Shown here piece after piece: positions 9,552 through 15,934 of a stretch of DNA of 24,000 bases. The stretch is taken from the NCBI GenBank assembly GCA_030059665.1, contig JANVYR010000001.1:832087-856086 (forward strand). Direction: 5' to 3'. The notes under the pieces were generated by a model. The model was not told where the DNA came from. It made no database searches and worked only from the letters and a program-made list of their open reading frames with translations. Made by a program: the position numbers and the translations under genes. Positions within the stretch are counted from its first letter, which is position 1. Every line of letters begins with the position of its first letter. The stretch comes from Candidatus Calditenuis fumarioli. Lineage in GTDB: Archaea > Thermoproteota > Nitrososphaeria_A > Caldarchaeales > Calditenuaceae.

Positions 9552-10323
9552 GGATCAGGGCCTCCTCCGGCCTCTTCCCCTCGAGGACGATCGCCCGGAT
9601 CGCCCTGACTATCCCTCTCGGGTTCTCGTGCATGAAGACGTTCCTCCCTATCGTCACGCCCATGGCACCAGCCCTTACCGCACCCCACACCATCTCGAGG
9701 ACGTCCTCGTCGCGGTCGGACTTGGGGCCTCCTGCCATCACCACCGGCGCGGGGCAGGTCTCGACCACCTCCCTGAACGTCTCGGGTGATCCGGTGTAGG
9801 GGACCTTGACGACGTCGGCCCCGAGCTCGGCACCGACCCTCGCGACGTGGGCTATCACCTTCGGGTCGTTCGGGTCCTTCACGTTCTCCCCCCTCGGGTA
9901 CATCATGGCTATCAGCGGCACCCCGTACTCGTCGCACTCGTCTGCAACCATCCCCAGCTTCCTGAGCATGTGGGGCTCCGCTTTGCTGCCGATGTTGATG
10001 TGGACCGATACCGCATCTGCTCCCATCCTGAGCGCGTTCAGCACAGTCCCGTCCCTAACCTTCCAGTTCGGATCGGGACCGAGCGAGGTGCTGGCTGAGA
10101 GGTGTAGGATGAAGCCGACCCTCGGAGGTCTCGGCATGTGCTTCAGTATCCCCTTGTTCGTCAGGACAGCGGTCGCTCCTCCCTCCTCCACCAGCTCTAT
10201 CGTCCTGTAGATCCTGTCGAGCCCCTTCATCACGCCCGAGGAGACGGCGTGGTCCATCGGGATGCAGACCATCCTACCGTCCTGAGTTATCCGGGAAAGC
10301 CTCACCTGCTTGCCCCAGACCAT
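9538..10323 (-). CDS. aroA': 2-amino-3,7-dideoxy-D-threo-hept-6-ulosonate (ADH) synthase, class I aldolase family
   Basis: DeoC/FbaB-type class I aldolase fold with blocks IPMDH, PLIAMMYPRG, GAELGADVVKVPYTG (Schiff-base Lys), CPAPVVMAGGPK and GRNVFMH. The assignment as ADH synthase rather than FBP aldolase rests on operon context. Its ATG 10323 directly abuts the asd stop. Confidence 0.82.
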   Translation of the reverse strand: MVWGKQVRLSRITQDGRMVCIPMDHAVSSGVMKGLDRIYRTIELVEEGGATAVLTNKGILKHMPRPPRVGFILHLSASTSLGPDPNWKVRDGTVLNALRMGADAVSVHINIGSKAEPHMLRKLGMVADECDEYGVPLIAMMYPRGENVKDPNDPKVIAHVARVGAELGADVVKVPYTGSPETFREVVETCPAPVVMAGGPKSDRDEDVLEMVWGAVRAGAMGVTIGRNVFMHENPRGIVRAIRAIVLEGKRPEEALIHVRR

Positions 10324-11379
10324 CTATCCCAACCTCCCGGTCGCCTTGAGGAGCTCGGCCGTCAGGATCGCTATCCCCGCTGCCCCCCTCACTAGGTTGT
10401 TCGTCAGGCTCACGAACTTCACGGTCCGCTCCGACGAGCCCTTCCTGAGCCTGCCCACGTGGACTACCATCCCGGACCTGTCGTTCGATCCCGCGTCCAG
10501 CCTCGGCTGCGGCCTGTCCTCCTCACGCCTCAGCTCGATGGGCCTCGGTGGCGCCGTGGGAAGCTCCAGCTGCTGCGGCAGCCCCCTGAAGTCCTCGAGA
10601 GCCTCCGCCACCTCCTCGAGCTTCGCCTCCCGGGATAGCGTCACCGTCAGGGCCGCCAGGTGCCCCACCAGAGTGGGCACCCTCGTGCAGGTGGCGTCGA
10701 TCGGGACCTCAGCCGGCCTGAAACCTCCGTCCTCGAAGGACCCGAGTATCTTCCTCGGCTCGAGCTCCACCTTCTCCTCCTCCCCCGGGATGTAGGGGAT
10801 GACGTTCCCGAGGATCGCCATCGAAGGGACGCCGTTGTAGCCAGCGCCCGAGACGGCCTGCATCGTGACCACGTTGACGTGCCTCAGCCCGAACTCGTCG
10901 AGGAGCGGCTTCAGGGGCATGACGAAGGCCGTCGTGGTGCAGTTCGGGGTCGTCACGATGAACCCGTCCCACTTCCTCCGCCTCCTCTGTACCTCTATCG
11001 CGTCGAGATGCTCCGGGTTGATCTCGGGAACGATCAGCGGCACGTCCTCGTGGTACCTGTTCGCCGAGGCGTCGGAGACAACCGGGAACCCGGCCTCCGC
11101 GAATTTGTGCTCCAGCTCCCGGGCCGCCTTGGTGGGGAGGCAGCTGAAGACCAGGTCGGCGTCGACCTTCGCAGGGTCCGAGGGAAGGACCTCCAGGTCC
11201 CAGTACTTCCTAGGCACGTCGCCCTTCCCCGCATAGGCCTCGACCAGCTTCTTCCCGACGGTCGTGTTCCCCGTGACCGCGCTCACCTCGAACCACGGGT
11301 GGTCCGCGAGCATCTGCAGGTAGATCTGCCCGACCATTCCTGTGGCTCCCAGAACGCACACCCTCAACTTCCTTCCCAT
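10324..11379 (-). CDS. asd: aspartate-semialdehyde dehydrogenase (archaeal type)
   Basis: NAD(P) fold VCVLGATGMVGQ, active-site Cys context TTPNCTTT, QAVSGAGY, and His context VGHLAAL. ATG 11379 is preceded by GGAGGTG (11392-11386) with 6-nt spacing. The ORF-track extension to 11499 runs through non-coding structured sequence. Confidence 0.9.
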   Translation of the reverse strand: MGRKLRVCVLGATGMVGQIYLQMLADHPWFEVSAVTGNTTVGKKLVEAYAGKGDVPRKYWDLEVLPSDPAKVDADLVFSCLPTKAARELEHKFAEAGFPVVSDASANRYHEDVPLIVPEINPEHLDAIEVQRRRRKWDGFIVTTPNCTTTAFVMPLKPLLDEFGLRHVNVVTMQAVSGAGYNGVPSMAILGNVIPYIPGEEEKVELEPRKILGSFEDGGFRPAEVPIDATCTRVPTLVGHLAALTVTLSREAKLEEVAEALEDFRGLPQQLELPTAPPRPIELRREEDRPQPRLDAGSNDRSGMVVHVGRLRKGSSERTVKFVSLTNNLVRGAAGIAILTAELLKATGRLG

Positions 11380-11405
11380 ACGAGACACCTCCACAAACGA
11401 AGCCT

Positions 11406-11523
11406 GAGCGGAGGGGGCAAGGATGGAGGGAATTCCATTATCCCTCCCAGAAATAGAAGTAGGTATAGGCCGTGAAGGCGAACCCGAGCAGGTTAACACG
11501 GCCCATACCTACCCCCTCCGCTC
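11406..11523 (-). ncRNA. 118-nt structured 5' leader / candidate cis-regulatory RNA (three-way junction) upstream of asd
   Basis: Read on the minus strand there are three helices. P1 pairs 11523-11512 with 11417-11406 (12 perfect bp). P3 pairs 11511-11497 with 11474-11460 (15 bp including one G-U) and carries an apical AACC/GGUU mini-helix. P2 pairs 11447-11441 with 11431-11425 (7 bp). The single imperfect pair is G-U on the minus-strand transcript but A-C on the plus strand, which points to the minus strand. The element starts at the predicted +1 of the TATA box at 11552-11543. Confidence 0.5.
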
Positions 11524-11542
11524 GCACCTCGCGGCAAACCCC

Positions 11543-11552
11543 ATAATATAAA
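11543..11552 (-). promoter_or_regulatory. strong TATA box (TTTATATTAT) for the asd-aro operon leader
   Basis: This is the most A/T-rich decamer in the window. Its centre is about 26 nt upstream of G 11523, the first base of helix P1, which follows a pyrimidine (an initiator-like YR step). Confidence 0.5.
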
Positions 11553-11596
11553 CGTTCGAAGCAAGGGTTCGGAGAGCAGAGCGACGCGTCGAGCGA

Positions 11597-12133
11597 TCAC
11601 GAGATCCGGCCGCCATCGCCCTGCGCCAGCTTCATGCGCCTCTCCAGGACCTTCCTCCTGGGAGCGTGGTCCCTCTTCCAGACCATTACCGTCCTCCTGA
11701 ACTCGACGACCGGCACGTTGTCCTGGTTGTATCCGACGGTCCTGACCTTGACGATCCCCATTCCGGGCCTTGATCGGGACTCGCGCTTCTCGAGGACCTC
11801 GCTCTGGGCGTACAGCGTGTCGCCGGCGTAGACGGGGTGGAGGAACCTCACCTCCTCGAACCCCAGGTTGATGGCGTTCTGGCTCACGTCCATCACGCTC
11901 AGCCCCAGCACAACGGCCAGCGTAAGGGCACTGTTGACCAGCGGTCTGCCCCACTCAGTCTCTGCGCAGTAATCGGCGTTGACGTGGATCTCGTTCGGGT
12001 TCATCGTGAGCAGCGTGAACCAGACATTGTCTGCCTCGGTCACCGTCCTCCCGTAGGGATGAACGTAGACGTCTCCCAGCTCGAAGTCCTCGAAGTACCT
12101 GCCCTCCCAGCCCCTGAAGACCCTCCCCTTCAC
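11597..12133 (-). CDS. MaoC-family (hotdog fold) dehydratase / enoyl-CoA hydratase-like
   Basis: 178 aa with a MaoC-like N-terminal block (FEDFELGDVY...GRTVTEADNVWFTLLTMNPNEIHVN) and a hotdog-fold length. GTG start at 12133, with a TATA-like ATTTGT (12163-12158, minus) centred about 27 nt upstream. Confidence 0.82.
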   Translation of the reverse strand: MKGRVFRGWEGRYFEDFELGDVYVHPYGRTVTEADNVWFTLLTMNPNEIHVNADYCAETEWGRPLVNSALTLAVVLGLSVMDVSQNAINLGFEEVRFLHPVYAGDTLYAQSEVLEKRESRSRPGMGIVKVRTVGYNQDNVPVVEFRRTVMVWKRDHAPRRKVLERRMKLAQGDGGRIS

Positions 12134-12174
12134 GTCGCTCGTTCTGGAAGGAGGGCTACAAATCCTCTACGAGG

Positions 12175-12293
12175 TGCGGGGGGTGGGATTCGAACCCACG
12201 AACCCTTCCGCCCGGGTCTGGCCTGCGGGACCGGGTATCCCTTCAAGGGGGACCTTAAGCCCGGCGCCTTTGTCCTGGCTTGGCTACCCCCGC
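12175..12293 (-). tRNA. tRNA-Leu (anticodon UAA), intron-containing, 119 nt, CCA not encoded
   Basis: Acceptor stem GCGGGGG/CCCCCGC. Class II D-arm GCCAAGCCAGGACAAAGGC. Anticodon stem CCGGG/CCCGG with loop CUUAAG. T-arm GTGGG-TTCGAAT-CCCAC and discriminator A. A 17-nt intron follows position 37 (about 12253-12237). The variable region is 31 nt (12230-12200), about 17 nt longer than a normal Leu variable arm. Confidence 0.85.
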
Positions 12294-12318
12294 CCCGGAA
12301 CGCATCGGCGTCCGGAGG

Positions 12319-12324
12319 ATTTAG
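12319..12324 (-). promoter_or_regulatory. TATA-like box (CTAAAT) for tRNA-Leu
   Basis: Centred about 27-28 nt upstream of tRNA position 1 (12293). Confidence 0.35.
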
Positions 12325-12352
12325 CTGTGGTGAGGTTGAGCTCCCCGGTACG

Positions 12353-12359
12353 TAAATTA
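12353..12359 (+). promoter_or_regulatory. TATA-like box (TAAATTA) for the leuB-like gene
   Basis: Centred about 25-26 nt upstream of GTG 12381. This implies a leaderless mRNA and supports the shortened start. Confidence 0.4.
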
Positions 12360-12380
12360 CATCGGCGGTCGGGCGTGAGC

Positions 12381-13391
12381 GTGTTCAGGGTCTCGGTGAT
12401 CAGGGGCGACGGGATAGGGCCGGTGGTGGTGAGGGAGGCGATCAGGGTCCTCGAGGCGGTCGGCGACCGCTTCGGTCTCTCCTTCCAGTTCGTGGACGCT
12501 CCGGCCGGCGACGCTGTCCAGGCGGAGACCGGTGAGGCCCTTCCGAGGGAATCCCTCCAGAGGATAAGGGGTTCGGACGCCTGCCTCAAGGGCCCCGTGG
12601 GGGAGACGGCCCGTGACGTGATCGTGCTCCTCAGGAGGGAGCTGGACCTCTACGCCAACCTCAGACCCGCGAAGACCATGAAGGGCATACCCTCGAGGTA
12701 CGGGAACGTTGACCTGCTCATCGTGCGGGAGAACGTCGAGGACGTTTACAGGGGCGTCGAGGACGTCGGCCGGGACCACGCCGTGTCGCTCGCGGTCTAC
12801 ACCAGGCACGGAACCGAACGGATCGCTAGGGTAGCGTGCAGAGAGGCCCTGAAGAGGAGGAGGAAGGTGACGGTCGTGGACAAGGCCAACGTGCTCCTCT
12901 CCCACAGGTTCTTCAGGGAGGTGGCGTCGGAGGTGATCAGGTCCCACGGAGGGATCCAGCTCGAGTTCATGTACGTCGATAACGCCGCGTACCAGCTCGT
13001 CGTCAGGCCGGAGAGGTTCGACGTGATCCTGACCACGAACATGTTCGGCGACATACTGAGCGACGAGGCGGCCGGCGTCTGCGGGACACTCGGCGTGGCA
13101 CCGTCCGCCAACGTTGGGGACGCCTTCGGCCTCTTCGAGCCTGTGCACGGCTCCGCTCCCGACATAGATCCGGAGAGGGCAAACCCCACGGCGATGGTCC
13201 TAGCGGGTGCTATGATGCTGAGGTGGCTCGGCGAGACGAAGGGGGTCGAGGCGGCTCTGAGGGCAGCTGGTGCGGTGGAGAGGGCGGTGGAGCTCGTCCT
13301 GGCAGAGGGGAAGGTCAGGACGGTGGACCTGGGAGGGGGATCGATCGCGAGGGAGTTCTGCGACGCGGTGATCGCCAGGCTACAGGACTGA
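12381..13391 (+). CDS. leuB: 3-isopropylmalate dehydrogenase (isocitrate/isopropylmalate dehydrogenase family; homoisocitrate DH not excluded)
   Basis: Family blocks VIRGDGIGPVV, LLRRELDLYANLRP, NMFGDILSDEAAGVCGTLGVAPSAN and EPVHGSAPDI. The 336-aa length is typical of archaeal LeuB. The ORF-track start at 12174 would read through the tRNA gene. GTG 12381 (or 12375) gives the normal N-terminus. Confidence 0.88.
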   Translation: MFRVSVIRGDGIGPVVVREAIRVLEAVGDRFGLSFQFVDAPAGDAVQAETGEALPRESLQRIRGSDACLKGPVGETARDVIVLLRRELDLYANLRPAKTMKGIPSRYGNVDLLIVRENVEDVYRGVEDVGRDHAVSLAVYTRHGTERIARVACREALKRRRKVTVVDKANVLLSHRFFREVASEVIRSHGGIQLEFMYVDNAAYQLVVRPERFDVILTTNMFGDILSDEAAGVCGTLGVAPSANVGDAFGLFEPVHGSAPDIDPERANPTAMVLAGAMMLRWLGETKGVEAALRAAGAVERAVELVLAEGKVRTVDLGGGSIAREFCDAVIARLQD

Positions 13392-13393
13392 CC

Positions 13394-15100
13394 TCAGCCA
13401 GACGGCCCAGGCGAGGTAACCGCGCCCTTGCTCGCGGACTGGACGAGCGCCGCGTACTTCGCGAGCAGCCCTGTTCTGGCCCTCGGCGGCCTCGGCTTCC
13501 ACCCCTTCATCCTCCTCTCCAGCTCGGCCCGGTCCACGAGCAGCTCGATCCTCCCCTCCCTCGCATCGATGAGCACCCTGTCCCCCTCCTCCACCACCGC
13601 TATGGGCCCTCCGGCCGCGGCCTCGGGGGCCACGTGTCCCACCATCATCCCGCGGGTGGCACCGCTGAAGCGACCGTCCGTCACCATCGCGACCGAGTCT
13701 CCGAGTCCAGCTCCGACGATGGCCGCCGTCACCCTGAGCATCTCCGGCATCCCAGGCGCTCCCTTCGGCCCGACGTACCTGATCACGACCACGTCGCCCG
13801 GTTGGATCTCGTTGCGCCGGATCGCCTCGAACGCCGAGTCCTCGTCGTCGAAGGGCCTCGCCCTCCCCTCGAACCGCTCGATTCCCGTGGCGGCGACCTT
13901 CAGCACGGCTCCCTCCGGTGCGAGGCTCCCCCAGAGTATCCTGATCCCTCCGGTGGGCTTGATGGGGTTCGCGGGGTCCTTCACCACGTGGTCGTGCGGT
14001 ATGTCGACGAACCTGTACTCCCTCAGGCTCTCCGCCAGGGTCTTCCCCGTGACCGTGAGCGCCTCGCCCCTCAGGTAGCCGCGCTCGAGGAGCTTCCTCA
14101 GCACCAGCGGCACCCCTCCCACAGCGTCGAGGTCTGCCATCACGTACTGCCCTGCGGGTCTCATGCTCACTATGTAGGGGACCTTCCTGGAGATCTCGTC
14201 GATGTCGCGGAGCGTGAAGCTGACGCCGGCCTCGTGGGCTATCGCCAGCAGGTGGAGGATGCCGTTGGTGGAGCCACCCATCGCCATCAGCAGCACCGTC
14301 GCGTTGTAGAGGGCGTCGTAGGTCACGACGTCCCTCGCCTTGATGCCCGTCTCTATCAGGTGGCCCAGCGCCTTCCCCGAGAGGTAGCAGTACATCGCCC
14401 TCCTCGAGGAGGTCGCCACAGGAGTCGACGATCCCAGAAGCGCGATGCCCAACGCCTCCGAGAGGGAGGCCATCGTGTTAGCGGTGAAGAGGCCCGCGCA
14501 TGTCCCGACCGTCGGGTGAGCGTGCCTCTCTATCTCCATCAGCTCCTCCTCGGAGATCTTGCCGCTGACGTAGGCGCCGATCGACTCGTAGACGTCCTCT
14601 ATCGTGAGCTTCCTGTCGCCCAGGTATCCCGGCTCCGCGGAGCCCCCATAGACGTAGACTGAAGGCAGGTTGAGCCTGACCATCGCCATCATGATTCCTG
14701 GCTGAGTCTTGTCGCAACCGCCGATCCCCACGAGGCCGTCGAACGCGTGGGCCTGGACCTGGGCCTCTATCGTGTCAGCGATCAGGTCCCTGCTGACCAG
14801 GCTGTACCTCATCCCTTCGGTGCCCATGCTGATGTTGTCGTTCACCACCAGCGTCGGCACCGCGAGACCCGTGACGCCAGCGGCCTCCATCCCGGCCTTG
14901 ACGTGTCCTACCAGACCGAGCGTGTGGAAGTTGCACGGCCCGGCCTCGCTCCAGGAGACGACCACGCAGCCGAGCGGCCTGTCGATCGCCGCGTCGGAGA
15001 GACCGATGGCCCTGAGGAAGGCCCGGTGGCTCGCGTTGAGTACGCCGTGGTACCTCGCCCTGCTCGGGAGGCCCTCCTTCAGCTCCCTGACCTCCGACAT
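13394..15100 (-). CDS. ilvD: dihydroxy-acid dehydratase
   Basis: IlvD/Edd blocks [24 protein letters not shown] and [14 protein letters not shown] 15100 (GTG 15103 is the ORF-track start) lies 26-27 nt downstream of the TATA centre at 15124-15129. Its stop is 2 nt from the leuB stop. Confidence 0.93.
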   Translation of the reverse strand: MSEVRELKEGLPSRARYHGVLNASHRAFLRAIGLSDAAIDRPLGCVVVSWSEAGPCNFHTLGLVGHVKAGMEAAGVTGLAVPTLVVNDNISMGTEGMRYSLVSRDLIADTIEAQVQAHAFDGLVGIGGCDKTQPGIMMAMVRLNLPSVYVYGGSAEPGYLGDRKLTIEDVYESIGAYVSGKISEEELMEIERHAHPTVGTCAGLFTANTMASLSEALGIALLGSSTPVATSSRRAMYCYLSGKALGHLIETGIKARDVVTYDALYNATVLLMAMGGSTNGILHLLAIAHEAGVSFTLRDIDEISRKVPYIVSMRPAGQYVMADLDAVGGVPLVLRKLLERGYLRGEALTVTGKTLAESLREYRFVDIPHDHVVKDPANPIKPTGGIRILWGSLAPEGAVLKVAATGIERFEGRARPFDDEDSAFEAIRRNEIQPGDVVVIRYVGPKGAPGMPEMLRVTAAIVGAGLGDSVAMVTDGRFSGATRGMMVGHVAPEAAAGGPIAVVEEGDRVLIDAREGRIELLVDRAELERRMKGWKPRPPRARTGLLAKYAALVQSASKGAVTSPGPSG

Positions 15101-15123
15101 CACCGCCTGAGGCTCCTACCCCC

Positions 15124-15129
15124 ATATAA
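15124..15129 (-). promoter_or_regulatory. TATA box (CTTATATG on minus strand) for ilvD
   Basis: The A/T core is centred about 26.5 nt upstream of ATG 15100. It is flanked by the inverted repeat CCTGAGGC (15106-15113) / GCCTCAGG (15141-15148). Confidence 0.45.
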
Positions 15130-15220
15130 GCAGAAGTCAGGCCTCAGGGTCCGGAGGCGGACGGCCCCACCCCACATGTGCGGATCACGTTTTTCACGAG
15201 GAAGTGGGGGAGCAGACCGG

Positions 15221-15637
15221 ATGGCGCAGGCGCTGAGGGTCGACCCGTACAAGACGGTCTTCGTCGGGAAGAGGAAGGAGGCGGTCGCGAGGCTGAAGGT
15301 CGAGCGCGGCCAGGGGAGGGTGATGATAAACGGGATGCCCGTTGAGCTGATCGGGAACTGGGTGGTGCGCGAGAAGATTCTGGTGCCCCTGCGGCTCGCG
15401 GAGGAGGTGTGGAGGACGCACAACTTCTACATCAACGTCCAAGGAGGCGGCATCATGGGTCAGGCGGACGCCTGTGCTATTGCGATAGCGAGGGCGATCG
15501 TCGCCATCGATCCGGACCTGAAGCCCGTCATCGAGCGGTACGATTACCACCTGCTCTCCGGAGACCCGAGGAGGACGGAGCCGAAGAAGCCCAACAGGAG
15601 GTCCGCGAGGCGCTTCAAGCAGAAGTCCTACAGGTGA
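15221..15637 (+). CDS. rps9: 30S ribosomal protein uS9 (S9)
   Basis: 138 aa. Contains the GGGIMGQADACAIAIARAI block and the C-terminal RRFKQKSYR typical of S9. ATG 15221 lies about 27 nt downstream of the T-run at 15190-15194. The ORF-track extension to 14747 is antisense to ilvD. Confidence 0.92.
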   Translation: MAQALRVDPYKTVFVGKRKEAVARLKVERGQGRVMINGMPVELIGNWVVREKILVPLRLAEEVWRTHNFYINVQGGGIMGQADACAIAIARAIVAIDPDLKPVIERYDYHLLSGDPRRTEPKKPNRRSARRFKQKSYR

Positions 15638-15641
15638 GCCC

Positions 15642-15673
15642 ACGGGCCCGTCACCGGCGGGTTCATAGTTTTT
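15642..15673 (+). terminator. possible terminator: GC palindrome plus T5 run after rps9 (the T-run may alternatively be the rpoN TATA)
   Basis: A perfect 10-nt palindrome ACGGGCCCGT (15642-15651) sits 5 nt after the rps9 stop and is followed by TTTTT (15669-15673). The same T-run is centred about 27-29 nt upstream of the rpoN ATG 15700, so the function is ambiguous. Confidence 0.3.
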
Positions 15674-15699
15674 ACGCGGCTATGGGTTGCTGAGGGGGA

Positions 15700-15930
15700 A
15701 TGCTGTTCCCGATAAGGTGCTTCAGCTGCGGCGCGCCGATCGGTCACCTCTGGGACAGATACAGGCAGATGGTCGAGTCCGGGAGGAGGCCGGGAGAGGT
15801 GCTGGACGAGCTGGGGGTGAAGAGGTACTGCTGCAGGAGGATGTTCATCACGCACGTGGAGTACATCGACGAGCTGCTCGAGTTCCACATGCAGCGCGTC
15901 CAGCAGCTCCGCAAGTCCGGAGAGAGGTGA
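15700..15930 (+). CDS. rpoN: DNA-directed RNA polymerase subunit N (Rpb10 homologue)
   Basis: MLFPIRCFSCGAPIG...LGVKRYCCRRM is the canonical Zn-binding CxxC...CC signature of RpoN/Rpb10. Confidence 0.93.
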   Translation: MLFPIRCFSCGAPIGHLWDRYRQMVESGRRPGEVLDELGVKRYCCRRMFITHVEYIDELLEFHMQRVQQLRKSGER

Positions 15931-15934
15931 GAGA

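Noticed and set aside
9538-10323. Annotating this class I aldolase-family gene as fructose-bisphosphate aldolase (FbaB-type)
   Set aside because: Its position between asd and DHQ synthase II, overlapping or abutting both, argues for ADH synthase. Sequence alone cannot fully exclude bifunctionality, hence the confidence below 0.9.
11459-11512. 5S rRNA-like motif on the plus strand (CGAACCCGAGCAGGTTAAC resembles the CGAACCCGGAAGUUAAGC loop C region) within a ~118-nt three-helix element
   Set aside because: The helix order is wrong for 5S on the plus strand, since the motif-bearing arm comes second. The 5' half of loop C/helix III is missing, and the loop E and helix IV/V features are absent. 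The plus-strand version has an A-C mismatch where the minus strand has G-U. No plus-strand promoter is available because the upstream sequence is the asd coding region.
11406-11523. Nested inverted repeats as a MITE or transposon remnant
   Set aside because: There are no flanking target-site duplications, no terminal-inverted-repeat layout (one arm is interrupted by 41 nt carrying its own hairpin) and no second copy in the window. The exact registration with a TATA box and the SD/ATG of asd fits a transcribed leader better. A genome-wide copy count would settle it.
12303-12371. Direct repeat CATCGGCG(T/G)(C/T)CGG flanking the tRNA-Leu/leuB divergent promoters (12303-12315 and 12359-12371), and the tRNA-Leu/leucine-biosynthesis adjacency
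   Set aside because: The match is only 11 of 13 positions in very GC-rich sequence, with no third copy or palindromic symmetry. The Leu-tRNA/leuB adjacency has no mechanistic precedent in archaea (no T-box-like leader is visible). I treat both as coincidence.
12134-12380. tRNA-Leu 3' end as an integration hotspot or edge of a genomic island
   Set aside because: There is no integrase, no direct repeat of the tRNA 3' end elsewhere in the window, and the flanking genes (MaoC, leuB, ilvD) are ordinary metabolic genes.
13223-14662. 479-aa ORF on the plus strand, the second-longest plus-strand ORF in the track
   Set aside because: It lies entirely antisense to ilvD, whose protein has unambiguous family motifs. 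Its translation is R/P/G/H-rich and low-complexity ([13 protein letters not shown]...), as expected for a shadow frame of a GC-rich gene. No start-site context supports it.
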